From Candidatus Peregrinibacteria bacterium (GTDB lineage: Bacteria > Patescibacteriota > Gracilibacteria > Peribacterales > Peribacteraceae): a stretch of DNA of 64,000 nt. The stretch covers positions 359-64,358 of the forward strand of contig JACPXZ010000031.1 of assembly GCA_016196225.1 (NCBI GenBank), in the 5' to 3' direction. The notes beneath the pieces were generated by a model, which did not search any database, was not told where the DNA came from, and saw only the letters and a list, made by a program, of their open reading frames with translations. This document shows, piece by piece, positions 1 to 9,221 of this stretch (position 1 is its first letter; every line of letters begins with the position of its first letter). The translations under genes and the position numbers were made by a program.

Positions 1-247
1 TTTGGTATTTGAGTTCTTCAAGTGATCCCTGAGCGATATTGTAAAAGTGAACCGAATCTTTTCCAGAGTTTCTTTGAAAACCCTCAACAATATTTGATGG
101 AATGGATACAGCGGCTCTCCTCATTTGAGAGGTTAGCGCAAATGTTTCTGACCTTGGGAAAGATTCTGTTGCTTTGTAGAGATGGCAAACGAGCTCGTGC
201 GCCTTTTGCCAAACCGTCATTTCTTTAAATGTTTTTATGACTGCCAT
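1..247 (-). CDS. four-helix-bundle protein (23S rRNA intervening-sequence protein family), 5' part only, runs off the window start
   Basis: Hand translation of the minus strand from ATG 247-245 gives MAVIKTFKEMTVWQKAHELVCHLYKATESFPRSETFALTSQMRRAAVSIPSNIVEGFQRNSGKDSVHFYNIAQGSLEELKYQ. This carries the typical VWQKA...FP..E...L.SQ.RRAA.SI.SNI.EG signature. It is absent from the ORF track because there is no stop in the window. Confidence 0.7.
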   Translation of the reverse strand, partial: MAVIKTFKEMTVWQKAHELVCHLYKATESFPRSETFALTSQMRRAAVSIPSNIVEGFQRNSGKDSVHFYNIAQGSLEELKYQ

Positions 248-261
248 ATCAATATGTAACC

Positions 262-298
262 CTACACCATACAACTTTACAACTCTACAACTTAACAA
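262..298. repeat. degenerate ACAACT tandem array
   Basis: Sequence is ccatACAACTttACAACTctACAACTtaACAAgg. It supplies the minus-strand TAG stop (285-287) of the PhyH-like gene. The same unit occurs in the array at 3439-3480. Confidence 0.6.
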
Positions 299-1091
299 GG
301 AGTGACTTCTGCTCCTTGCTCCCTTGGCTTGTTTTTCGGTCTTCGTAGTACCGATCACGATTGTTCCCTGCAGAAATTCCATTGAACGTGGCATACAGAA
401 TGCGGCGGCTGATCATGGAATGATTTTCTCCTGATCGATGTGCAACACACCAGTCAAAGAAAATCACATCACCCAGTTCCGTTTCCAGAGGAGTAAACGA
501 AAAATTTCCTTCATCTTCTTTTTTTATATGGCCGCCTTTATCCAGATTGGAACTGATCGTTTCCCAATCGCGACCTAAAACTCTCTCTGTTTCTTGCAAG
601 GGGGCAACCTCCAAGCACCCGTTTTCCACCTTCGATGGATCAAGGGGTAAAACAACATTCAGAAAGTTGTCGGCATATTCCGCCCAGCCCCGGCGGGGGT
701 TACCCTCGGCATCCTGCCAGTACCAGTGACCATCGATGTGGGCGCCATAGCCCGCTCCACCAGAAAGCTTTAAATTCAATTTGTCTTTGAGGAGCACGGG
801 CTCGTCCTCCAAAAGATCTTTGGCGGCAGAAAGAATTTCTTCACACTCGATTAAGCTCCGCGCAGCCTCAGAATGATCCGAAACACGCTCGATTCGACGT
901 AAAATTTGTATACTGGGATCATCCAAACTTGGTTCGTAGTGAAAAAAGGGGTGGGATTTGCCGGAATCCAGCATTTCCACCGCACGATAACTTTCGGCAA
1001 CCTTTTGAATTCGTTCCGGAGCAATCAATCCCTTGCAAATAAGGTATCCCTTTGTGCGGTACTCCCCGATCTGTTTTTCATTTAAGGCCAT
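285..1091 (-). CDS. phytanoyl-CoA dioxygenase (PhyH) family Fe(II)/2-oxoglutarate oxygenase
   Basis: 268-aa ORF with an HxD...H facial-triad pattern (GAHIDGHWYW ... CVAHRSGEN) and overall PhyH-like layout. Confidence 0.75.
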   Translation of the reverse strand: MALNEKQIGEYRTKGYLICKGLIAPERIQKVAESYRAVEMLDSGKSHPFFHYEPSLDDPSIQILRRIERVSDHSEAARSLIECEEILSAAKDLLEDEPVLLKDKLNLKLSGGAGYGAHIDGHWYWQDAEGNPRRGWAEYADNFLNVVLPLDPSKVENGCLEVAPLQETERVLGRDWETISSNLDKGGHIKKEDEGNFSFTPLETELGDVIFFDWCVAHRSGENHSMISRRILYATFNGISAGNNRDRYYEDRKTSQGSKEQKSLLVKL

Positions 1092-1150
1092 ATGAGGATG
1101 TGAATCGTACCCCTCTGCTGAAAGCGGCGCAACAGGTGTTCAGACCGAAT

Positions 1151-2212
1151 TTATTTTGTAAGGAAATAGCGCAGTTCCCCGTCACCCCACAGAGTCTGGC
1201 CTTCGGGATCACCGGGGAAACCTTGGACAGATTGATCCCCGCTGTTCTTCACTTGAATTATTTTTGAGTATCCCTGCTTTGATACATGGCTTTCAAACCA
1301 GGAACGTTTAATGTGATTTTCTATAGGCACATACCAACTGTCGATAAAAACATAGCGCTTACTTGGCATACCGAGCAGATCGAGAACGCGCATTGTGTAC
1401 TCCATCGGAATCAGTTTTAATACTTCTCTCATACGTTTGCGGGAATGCCAAAAAATACCACCACCGCCGTAGCAATAGATAAACGCGCAGCCGCCTTTCC
1501 GCAAAAGCCGGTACAATTCGGCAAATCCCTTCTCAGGGTCTTTTGTATGATGGAGAACACCTTTGCAGAAGATAAAATCAAAACTCTCATCTTCGAAAGG
1601 AGCCTGTAACACATCTCCGTACAAAAATTTCGTCTTGGTGAGTCCTTTTTTTGCAGCCATTTTTTCCCCGATATCCAGCCCATCTTTGCCCAGATCCATA
1701 CCGATAACTTCCGCCGCACCGAGTGGTTCAAAACCGAGAGCAAAACGTCCTGAACCGCAGCCAAAATCAAGCACTCTTTTATCTTTAAACAGGCCAATAC
1801 TTTGGCCGTTACTTTCAAATATGCTTTTCAGTACTTCGCTTGATTCTTTGTTAATATACTGTGCGCTCAGTGTCGCCCACACTTTAGCGTGAACCTGCTT
1901 TGCCTCCTCCGAGTTCGAAATATTCTTGAAAGAGGCAACGTTGGGAAAATAACTACCCATTTCGGCAGTCAGCCGGAGCATTTGCACCGCGTGTTTTAGG
2001 CTTCCCAGAATATTATCGGTGTGACTTTGGGAATACCTTTTGGCGATAAACGGATCGTTTGGGTAGAGACTACGAAAGTAGTCGTGCATGAGTATGACGA
2101 CCATATATGGATGATCCTGCGCATTTTTTTTGGAAAGAACCACAAATTCATCCAGCAATGCCGCAATGACATTGATTTTGCTCGTACCGGAGGTGGACAT
2201 CGTGTTTGTCAT
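1151..2212 (-). CDS. class I SAM-dependent methyltransferase
   Basis: 353-aa ORF. Motif I is VLDFGCGSGRFA, followed by the acidic GMDLG loop and FCKGVLHH. Confidence 0.85.
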   Translation of the reverse strand: MTNTMSTSGTSKINVIAALLDEFVVLSKKNAQDHPYMVVILMHDYFRSLYPNDPFIAKRYSQSHTDNILGSLKHAVQMLRLTAEMGSYFPNVASFKNISNSEEAKQVHAKVWATLSAQYINKESSEVLKSIFESNGQSIGLFKDKRVLDFGCGSGRFALGFEPLGAAEVIGMDLGKDGLDIGEKMAAKKGLTKTKFLYGDVLQAPFEDESFDFIFCKGVLHHTKDPEKGFAELYRLLRKGGCAFIYCYGGGGIFWHSRKRMREVLKLIPMEYTMRVLDLLGMPSKRYVFIDSWYVPIENHIKRSWFESHVSKQGYSKIIQVKNSGDQSVQGFPGDPEGQTLWGDGELRYFLTK

Positions 2213-2242
2213 ACATCTAGCTGGGAATGCCCGGCAACAATA

Positions 2243-2252
2243 CCCCCCCCCC
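2243..2252. repeat. C10 homopolymer in a divergent promoter region
   Basis: Sequence is tacccccccccc gc tttttt aaaa. It lies between the divergent starts at 2212 (-) and 2324 (+). Confidence 0.9.
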
Positions 2253-2323
2253 GCTTTTTTAAAAGATCATTTTGGACTTCTTTTGACTTATTTTCGATAT
2301 TTAAAAAATGTACAGGATCTGCC

Positions 2324-3388
2324 ATGCTTTCCTCTGTGAAACATCTTTCCCTTTCTACAACACCAACCGAGGCACAATGGAATAGTGTTATCCGTTCGGC
2401 CTCAAATCCTCATTTTAATCAAACATGGGAGTGGGGGGAATTCTATGGAATGATGCCCGGTATTCACCCTATCCGTCTCCTTGCGATGGAAGGTGAAAAA
2501 CCAATCGCAATGCTCCAGGCATTTGAGTGGAAAAAAGGTCCCTTGAGTTTGGGGATCACGAGCGGAGGAGCAGGCGAAGGCGGAGGACCGGTGTTTGTAA
2601 AAACGATCGATCGAGACACGGAAATCCGTTGTTATCAGTCATTGATTGCAACATTATTCCGGATCTTCAAAGAGAAAAAATCGCTCCGTTTTCTCCTCTA
2701 TACCTTTCCTGGAGATGAGCTCCCTGCGCCCGATATCTCTGCAAAAACAGGAATAAAATCCACCCCAATCCTGCGCTTGCAGGAAAGCGAAGAACTTTTT
2801 TTGCAGAGTCTCGGCCATGAAGGACGTTGGGAACAAACCATTGGGATAAAACGAGGACTAAAAATAATGGAAGGAGGAAGGCATGACCTGCAGGAATATT
2901 GCGAAATTCAGCATGCGGTCGCTCTCGCCAAAAAACTCAACACCAAACATATGAACACCCTGCGGGAATGGGAGAAATTGTGGGATATATGTTCCAAAAA
3001 ACCGGGGACCATCCGGTTTTACATCGGGAAGAAAGACGAAAAAATGGTTGGTGCACTGATTGTTCTTTATTATGGAGATACTTTTTTCCTCCGGGGGGCG
3101 GTGTCCAATCCGGAAGGGAAAAAACTGCTAGTGAATAATGCGCTCTACGGTCGGGCCATCATCGATGGGATCCGGGACGGATATGTGTTTTGCAACATGA
3201 CCGGCGGGACCCGCGACACACACGATCCCATTTACGGCATCACGGCCTTCAAATTGAGTTTCCGCTCCGAACTTGTCGACTTTCGACGGTATTCGGCCAT
3301 AGGGAACCGGTACATAAACTATGCCGTGGAAAAAATACGTCGCCTCTTTGGCTACAATCTGTGGTTTCCCCTGCCGATCTATCCGTAA
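2324..3388 (+). CDS. FemAB-like (lipid II:glycine glycyltransferase-like) aminoacyl/peptidyl transferase
   Basis: ATG at 2324 chosen within ORF 2021-3388, because the upstream part overlaps the divergent gene. N-terminal HFNQTWEWGEFYG and C-terminal NNALYGRAIIDGIRDGY...GITAFKLSF match the FemAB family pattern. Confidence 0.7.
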   Translation: MLSSVKHLSLSTTPTEAQWNSVIRSASNPHFNQTWEWGEFYGMMPGIHPIRLLAMEGEKPIAMLQAFEWKKGPLSLGITSGGAGEGGGPVFVKTIDRDTEIRCYQSLIATLFRIFKEKKSLRFLLYTFPGDELPAPDISAKTGIKSTPILRLQESEELFLQSLGHEGRWEQTIGIKRGLKIMEGGRHDLQEYCEIQHAVALAKKLNTKHMNTLREWEKLWDICSKKPGTIRFYIGKKDEKMVGALIVLYYGDTFFLRGAVSNPEGKKLLVNNALYGRAIIDGIRDGYVFCNMTGGTRDTHDPIYGITAFKLSFRSELVDFRRYSAIGNRYINYAVEKIRRLFGYNLWFPLPIYP

Positions 3389-3398
3389 GTTAGTAGTA

Positions 3399-3481
3399 TG
3401 TTGTAAAGTTGTATGCTGTACAGTTACGGTACATTAACCTACAACTCTACAACTTTTACAACTTACAACTTCTACAACTTC
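3399..3481. repeat. ACAACT array with an inverted copy between convergent genes (possible bidirectional terminator)
   Basis: TGTTGTAAAGTTGTA (3399-3413) faces five ACAACT units at 3439-3480. The complement of the left arm, tacaactttacaac, nearly equals tacaacttttacaac at 3448-3462. Confidence 0.55.
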
Positions 3482-4246
3482 TCACGGTATTCGGCATAAG
3501 TAATATATCCAGCTATCCGTATTCGAGAAGTACTCCCCTTCCTGTAATTCCCGACCGTTAAGACCAAACAAACGAATGTCCCAAAATCCGAGATCACGCA
3601 ATTGCCGCACTTGCGCAACAGGTTTGATGTAATGATTCGTCAATGCGAGCGCATGCGCCCCTTCATAAATCATCGCGGTGTCCTGACCGAGGACTTTTTT
3701 GTACGACGTGTTCCATATTCTCGTAAAAATATACCGATGGAGGTTGGTATAGAAGCGTCTAGGGTTGCGATGAGGCTGAAACGTGAGGAGTTTTTTGAGT
3801 CCCAAGAGATTGTGCGTCGAAAAGCAAAAAAACCCTTTCGGTTTCCCCACGCGACAAACTTCCTTGAGAACCCGGATCCTTTTTTCCGGCGAAACACAAT
3901 CAATGCCGTTGTAGCTGAACAGAAGAAAATCGAAGGAATGATCGGGAAACTCCTTCATATCCGTCGCATCCGCAACCTCAAATCGAATATGGGGGAATCT
4001 TTTCCTCGCCTCTTTCACCATGCCTTCCACATAGTCGAACCCGACATACTCCCGAACATGTTCGGCAAAGTGCACGGTCGTCCGCCCCGCACCAACTCCA
4101 ATATCAAGCATCCCCATTTCCGAAAGCTTTGGACGCAAAATCTCCAAAATCGTCCGTTCGGGCGCCTGCAACGTCTCATTTGCCCCAAAACCCTGGACCG
4201 AAAGATCACTTCCGTATGCCTGCTTGTTGGAGAGATTAAAATTCAT
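3482..4246 (-). CDS. class I SAM-dependent methyltransferase
   Basis: 254-aa ORF. Motif I is MLDIGVGAGRTT, followed by FDYVEGM and FLLFSYNGIDC. Confidence 0.85.
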   Translation of the reverse strand: MNFNLSNKQAYGSDLSVQGFGANETLQAPERTILEILRPKLSEMGMLDIGVGAGRTTVHFAEHVREYVGFDYVEGMVKEARKRFPHIRFEVADATDMKEFPDHSFDFLLFSYNGIDCVSPEKRIRVLKEVCRVGKPKGFFCFSTHNLLGLKKLLTFQPHRNPRRFYTNLHRYIFTRIWNTSYKKVLGQDTAMIYEGAHALALTNHYIKPVAQVRQLRDLGFWDIRLFGLNGRELQEGEYFSNTDSWIYYLCRIP

Positions 4247-4273
4247 GACACGAGATTAAGGTACCATATTCAT

Positions 4274-5014
4274 GTGTTATTCACGACTTCTTGGGACGAC
4301 GGCTATAAAAAAGACCTGAAGGTTGCCGATCTCCTCTCAGAGTACGGCATGACAGGGACATTTTATGTCTGCCCCAAAATACAATTCAAAGAAGCGATGT
4401 TGACCAAAGACGAGATTCGCGTCTTAAGCCGCACGAATGAAATCGGCGCTCATACCATCAACCATCCCAAACTGACAAAAATTCCACAAGCGGAAGCGCG
4501 GAAAGAAATAAACGAAAGCAAAGCATGGATTGAAGACATCACCGGGAAGCCCTGCACGATGTTCTGCTACCCCTACGGCGATCATAATGCGGATATCGCA
4601 CGGATGGTCCGCGATGCGGGGTTCCGCGGCGCACGGACAGTTGTTCCACTGGAATTTTCTGCAACCGATCCGTTTACCATGCCGACCACTCTTCAAATCT
4701 ACCCCTTCCCTTGGCGCCGACGATGGAAGCGCCTTTCTCACTATGCTAACCCCTTGGGGCATGATCGAGAGTATTGGAAAAAGCTTCTCCACCTCCATCT
4801 GCCTTTAAAAGCTCACTTTACCTGGCTCAACTGTGCAAAAGCACTGTTCGATCATGCGCTCTCTACCCGTCAACCATGGTTCCACCTTTGGGGACACAGC
4901 GAAGAATTACAGCGGTATGGGATGTGGGGTAATCTTGAAAAGTTCTTGGCATTCGTACAAAGGCACGATATTCGTCATGTCACGAATGCGCAGATTCTGG
5001 AAAGTATTTCCTGA
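4274..5014 (+). CDS. polysaccharide deacetylase (NodB homology domain)
   Basis: NodB motifs are TSWDDG, AHTINH and CYPYG. The start is set to GTG 4274 because the DD motif lies upstream of the first ATG, and the longer ORF from 3602 overlaps the opposite-strand methyltransferase. Confidence 0.8.
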   Translation: MLFTTSWDDGYKKDLKVADLLSEYGMTGTFYVCPKIQFKEAMLTKDEIRVLSRTNEIGAHTINHPKLTKIPQAEARKEINESKAWIEDITGKPCTMFCYPYGDHNADIARMVRDAGFRGARTVVPLEFSATDPFTMPTTLQIYPFPWRRRWKRLSHYANPLGHDREYWKKLLHLHLPLKAHFTWLNCAKALFDHALSTRQPWFHLWGHSEELQRYGMWGNLEKFLAFVQRHDIRHVTNAQILESIS

Positions 5015-6554
5015 TTCGCTCAATATACGCAGAGGACATCGATGCCACAGACTCATCGAAGGTCATATCTGAACTCTCTTTTTTATACTCACGGTCAAAA
5101 ACTCCGGGGACCGACACTTCTTGCAATGCCCGCAAAAACAACGCGCTCTCGCGTATGGTTGGTTTTGCACCGTTTTCAAAAATCGCACGCAGGGCTTTTC
5201 GACAACTCTCGACAGAATCGACTTGAAAAACGCCTGATGCATACTGGGTGAACGTGTGACCGAAGAGGAGCACCGGCTTCTCCTTAAATAAAGCCTCCAT
5301 CCCGACCGTTCCTGTCCCCGTTGCAACGGCCATGCAATGCGTTAATAAGTCAAAGGAGTTGTATCCACGTGATACAAACCGTACGCGATTCAGATCAAGG
5401 AGATCCTTGTAAAAAAATAGTTCTCTCCCGCGCCCATCCGGGTACTGTCGCGATTGATTGGGATGCTCTTTGATATAGAGGAGAACTTCGTCCGGGAGCA
5501 GGCCACTGAGCATTTTAGCAATGAGGATTTGGTCGGTGAAAGCTCCTGCCATTGGTGTTGTCGAGCACTCCGGCTGCATCTGAAGAGGAAAGTAGACAAA
5601 CGGTTTTGTGAGATCCGGTTCGACCGCATGTTGATCATAAAAACGAACCATTCGTCTCACGAGCAATACCCGCCTCATACGATCAAGGGATGCTATCCAG
5701 TGTTTTGGATGGCATAATCGCACATAAAATCGCCAGACATGGTTCATAAAATTCCCCACGCCTCGCTTGTACACCGACGCAATACGCTGGACTTTTTTTG
5801 TCAGAGGACCAGAAAACGAATTCTCCATATCCCACGGTACTGGCGCTGTTCTTGAGGATGCAACTTGTGCTTCAAGAAACCGCGTGTACTTGTCATTCAA
5901 TACAATCATCTTGTGCGGATCGGCATACTCCTCTCGAAGACGCTTAAGGACATCAGGAATTTGCGCAGCCGACTCCTCCCAGTCCTCCAATACACAGTGT
6001 TCTTCTTTGACCGCCCCTGCATGCACAAAGATTGTAGGGACACCTTTGAATTTACAAAGGGAGTAGATGATATAATCATGAGATTCATGGGGAATCCCAC
6101 TCGAGAGATAGAGATTGATCTTCCATGTATCCAAAATATGGTTCCAGTACTGAAGACTCTTTAGATACGCACGTTTGCGTACTTGGTAAGAAAGCGTTTG
6201 CCGTTCTTCCAAACGCGTCAACATATCCATGTACACCGACTCACAATGTCGCATGTTCTCGACCAGATCTGCACCAATGGGGGTAATCTCATCCCAGTCA
6301 GTGTCATATTCCCCCCACTTGACGAGCGTGGAAGGAATCCAGAGCTGTCGATCAGCTCCAACGAATGGCACATGACACTTGATCTGACAAACAGATATGC
6401 AACTCTCAACCGAGAAACGCTTGAGTATAGTCCGCAGGATCTGGTCACTCATCGGCGCTCCGAGATGGGTGACAATGACACGAATGCTCTCTTGTGAAGA
6501 AGGGCGGGGAGCCAACATTGACTTCGCCACCACGGCCTGATTGCTCATGGACAC
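4980..6554 (-). CDS. capsule polysaccharide biosynthesis protein family (KpsS/LipB-like)
   Basis: 524-aa ORF. FVYFPLQMQPECSTTP and the C-terminal VATGTGTVGMEALFKEKPVLLFG are typical of the capsule_synth-type family. Family assignment is tentative. Confidence 0.55.
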   Translation of the reverse strand: MSMSNQAVVAKSMLAPRPSSQESIRVIVTHLGAPMSDQILRTILKRFSVESCISVCQIKCHVPFVGADRQLWIPSTLVKWGEYDTDWDEITPIGADLVENMRHCESVYMDMLTRLEERQTLSYQVRKRAYLKSLQYWNHILDTWKINLYLSSGIPHESHDYIIYSLCKFKGVPTIFVHAGAVKEEHCVLEDWEESAAQIPDVLKRLREEYADPHKMIVLNDKYTRFLEAQVASSRTAPVPWDMENSFSGPLTKKVQRIASVYKRGVGNFMNHVWRFYVRLCHPKHWIASLDRMRRVLLVRRMVRFYDQHAVEPDLTKPFVYFPLQMQPECSTTPMAGAFTDQILIAKMLSGLLPDEVLLYIKEHPNQSRQYPDGRGRELFFYKDLLDLNRVRFVSRGYNSFDLLTHCMAVATGTGTVGMEALFKEKPVLLFGHTFTQYASGVFQVDSVESCRKALRAIFENGAKPTIRESALFLRALQEVSVPGVFDREYKKESSDMTFDESVASMSSAYIERIRKYFPESAHS

Positions 6555-6634
6555 GAGAATAGCTTATTTTTGGCTTCGGTGAAGGGAAAATTGATATTGC
6601 AAATCAAGAAAAATTCCTCTATAAACATCGGGTT

Positions 6635-7843
6635 ATGCCACAAAAACGGATCCACTACTGTTCGCGTTGCCTCATCCCCAGCACGCGCCCCGGGCAGAAG
6701 TTTGATACAAAGGGTGTTTGTAACGCCTGTCGGTATTTCGAACAACGTAAGAATATTGACTGGGATGCACGCTGGGAGCAGTTCAAGGGCATTATGGAAA
6801 AACACCGCTCAAAGGATGGTTCCAATTACGACTGTATTATTCCGGTGAGCGGAGGAAAGGACAGCCATTGTCAGGTGATCAAAATGCTTCAGTTAGGACT
6901 GCGCCCCCTGTGCGTGTACGCCGCAGTCGATAAGCCGTCCGAGATTGGAAAGCGCAATCTCGAGAACATGAAAAATTTGGGAGTGGACTGCATTGAAATC
7001 AGCACCAATCCTATTATTCGAAACAAAGTCGACAAAATCTCGCTCATGGAGATCGGCGATATATCGTGGGCGGAGAATGTAGCCATCTTCACCATTCCCG
7101 TTCGCATCGCCGTCCAGATGAAAATCCCCGTGCTTATCTGGGGAGAAAATTTCCAGAACGAATTCGGCGGACCCGAAGACGCAGCCAATAACACCATTCT
7201 CGATAAGCACTGGCTCGATACATTCGGAGGACTCCTCGGTTTTGAAGTCGATGATCTTGTGGAGAAATGGGGATTCAATAAAAGGGATTTCCAGCAGTTT
7301 GTATATCCGTCTGACGAAGAGCTCAGGGGTGTCGGGGTGACTGGCCTCTTCCTTGGGTCCTACATTCCCTGGGACGGATATGCCCATGCGCTCCTTGCAC
7401 AGGCACACGGTTTTGAAATGTGGCCCGTACATAACGAGGGTGCACTCAATAACTACGAGCACATGGATAATCTCCACGCAGGCATTCACGATTACTTTAA
7501 GTACCTCAAACTCGGCTTCTCGCGCACGACCGACCATGCGTCTCTCCATATCCGCCGCGGACGTCTTTCCCGTGCGGACGGACTCGAAGCGGTGAAGAAG
7601 TATGATGGCCACTACCCATGGACCTATCTTGAGACAACGCTCGAAGAAATTTTGGATGACATTGGGATGACGATGGATGAATTCAATGAGACGTGTGACA
7701 AGTTTACCAATAGAGATCTCTTTAAGTGTGACTCCCGGGGAAATCTGATTCGCCGCGAAGACGGCAGCCCGGAGAAACTCAATGACGACAACGTGGAAGA
7801 TATAGCCCTGACCAAGAAAGATCTGACTACAGCAACCGCTTAA
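6635..7843 (+). CDS. N-acetyl sugar amidotransferase (WbpG/WbuX/PseA family, PP-loop ATPase)
   Basis: N-terminal Cys pairs are CSRCLIPSTRPGQKFDTKGVCNAC. The PP-loop is IIPVSGGKDSH. Confidence 0.85.
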   Translation: MPQKRIHYCSRCLIPSTRPGQKFDTKGVCNACRYFEQRKNIDWDARWEQFKGIMEKHRSKDGSNYDCIIPVSGGKDSHCQVIKMLQLGLRPLCVYAAVDKPSEIGKRNLENMKNLGVDCIEISTNPIIRNKVDKISLMEIGDISWAENVAIFTIPVRIAVQMKIPVLIWGENFQNEFGGPEDAANNTILDKHWLDTFGGLLGFEVDDLVEKWGFNKRDFQQFVYPSDEELRGVGVTGLFLGSYIPWDGYAHALLAQAHGFEMWPVHNEGALNNYEHMDNLHAGIHDYFKYLKLGFSRTTDHASLHIRRGRLSRADGLEAVKKYDGHYPWTYLETTLEEILDDIGMTMDEFNETCDKFTNRDLFKCDSRGNLIRREDGSPEKLNDDNVEDIALTKKDLTTATA

Positions 7844-8592
7844 GGACGCACATTCACTCCGTTATTGACCAAGTACTTGCGCGTTTTTATGACGCTCTGA
7901 TCGGTGAAGTGAAAAATACTCGCTGCACTCACGGCAGAGGCTCCTGCATCGAACCCCTTTTTAAAATCCTCCAAATGTCCTACCCCTCCGGCCGCAATCA
8001 CCGGGATGCAGACAGCATGCGCTACTGATTCGATGAGGGGAATATCGAGTCCGTGCATGGTGCCGTCGCGATCAATCGACATGAGATAAATTTCTCCTGC
8101 GCCCTTCTCTTCCACTGACTTTGCCCACTCCACGGGATCTTTCCCTGTGGGAGTTCTTCCTCCGCGGATATACACCTCTTTGCGACCATCGCTCTCTTTC
8201 ACGTCGATCGCAATGACAATGGTGGAGGACCCGAAGCGTTCAGCAGCTTTTTCGATCAATCCTTCCTCTTCCACTGCCGCTGTGCACATGGACACTTTAT
8301 CAGCCCCGCCTTTAAGGATCTGACGGATATCTTCCAGCGTGCGAATACCTCCCCCCACACAGAGCGGCATGAAACATTCGTCTGCTATTTGTTCGATTAC
8401 CTCAAAGAGCGTGCTGCGCCCTTCCGTACTGGCAGAGATATCCAGGACCATCAGTTCATCTGCGCGTTGCGCGTTATAGATGCGCGCAGCCGTGAGGGGA
8501 TACCCCGTATCGCGATACTGCCCAAACTGCCGTGACTTGACCATGCGGCCATCCTTGAGGAGAAGCGAGGGGATGATGCGTTTTTTAAGCAT
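7840..8592 (-). CDS. hisF: HisF-like cyclase subunit (WbuZ/AglZ-type acetamidino-modification protein)
   Basis: 250-aa ORF. KRIIPSLLLKDGRMVKS, CVGGGIRT and IAAGGVGHLEDF are HisF (beta/alpha)8 signatures. Confidence 0.9.
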   Translation of the reverse strand: MLKKRIIPSLLLKDGRMVKSRQFGQYRDTGYPLTAARIYNAQRADELMVLDISASTEGRSTLFEVIEQIADECFMPLCVGGGIRTLEDIRQILKGGADKVSMCTAAVEEEGLIEKAAERFGSSTIVIAIDVKESDGRKEVYIRGGRTPTGKDPVEWAKSVEEKGAGEIYLMSIDRDGTMHGLDIPLIESVAHAVCIPVIAAGGVGHLEDFKKGFDAGASAVSAASIFHFTDQSVIKTRKYLVNNGVNVRP

Positions 8593-8597
8593 AGGGA

Positions 8598-9212
8598 TCA
8601 GGGATTCCAGGTAAGAAAATTCTTAAGGAGATTTAGCCCTTCTCTCTGACTTTTTTCCGGATGAAATTGTGTTGCAAACATATTGTCTTTCGCAATGCAG
8701 GCCAAAAAATCTCCGCCATAATTACACACTCCAATCACAAGATCAGAGTTCACGGAAACAAGATGATAACTATGCACAAAATAAAAATCTGCTTCTTTTG
8801 GTAGCCCCGATAACATGGGATGTTCTTTGATAAACCGAACCGCGTTCCACCCAACATGCGGAACCTTGAGATGGGGATCAATGGCAAAACGTCGGACCCC
8901 CGCATCAATCCACCCCAGTCCCTCGTACGTCCCAAACTCCTCACTCGTCTTTGCAATGAGTTGCATCCCGAGACAAATACCCAAAAATGGCTTCTTCTTC
9001 TGGATGACTTCTTGCGTGAGTATCTCGATCAAGTTCCGCTCCCGGAGATTCTTCATTCCATCGCCAAACGCCCCGACCCCTGGGAGAACAACCCGATCTG
9101 CCTGTTGAATCTGAGAAGCATCACTCGTAACAAGCACGTTGCCCCCCACTTCCTCCAATGCTTTCGCAATAGAGCGGAGATTCCCCAAACCATAATCAAT
9201 AACAGCAATCAC
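8598..9212 (-). CDS. hisH: HisH-like glutamine amidotransferase subunit (WbuY-type)
   Basis: MIAVIDYGLGNLRS, catalytic GICLGMQL and FHPEKS. Confidence 0.9.
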   Translation of the reverse strand: MIAVIDYGLGNLRSIAKALEEVGGNVLVTSDASQIQQADRVVLPGVGAFGDGMKNLRERNLIEILTQEVIQKKKPFLGICLGMQLIAKTSEEFGTYEGLGWIDAGVRRFAIDPHLKVPHVGWNAVRFIKEHPMLSGLPKEADFYFVHSYHLVSVNSDLVIGVCNYGGDFLACIAKDNMFATQFHPEKSQREGLNLLKNFLTWNP

Positions 9213-9221
9213 AGGGATAGT

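Noticed and set aside
22-228. 68-aa plus-strand ORF at the window start
   Set aside because: The opposite strand encodes a clear four-helix-bundle (IVS protein) N-terminus over the same bases.
2283-2311. TTGACT plus an A/T-rich stretch as a promoter for the FemAB-like gene
   Set aside because: No acceptable -10 hexamer lies at 16-18 nt spacing.
2021-2323. N-terminal extension of the FemAB-like ORF. The same issue applies to 3602-4273, 20767-20985, 25149-25544, 23795-23929 and 60408-60479.
   Set aside because: The extensions overlap well-supported genes on the other strand or in another frame. They lack family-typical sequence, and internal starts give normal protein lengths.
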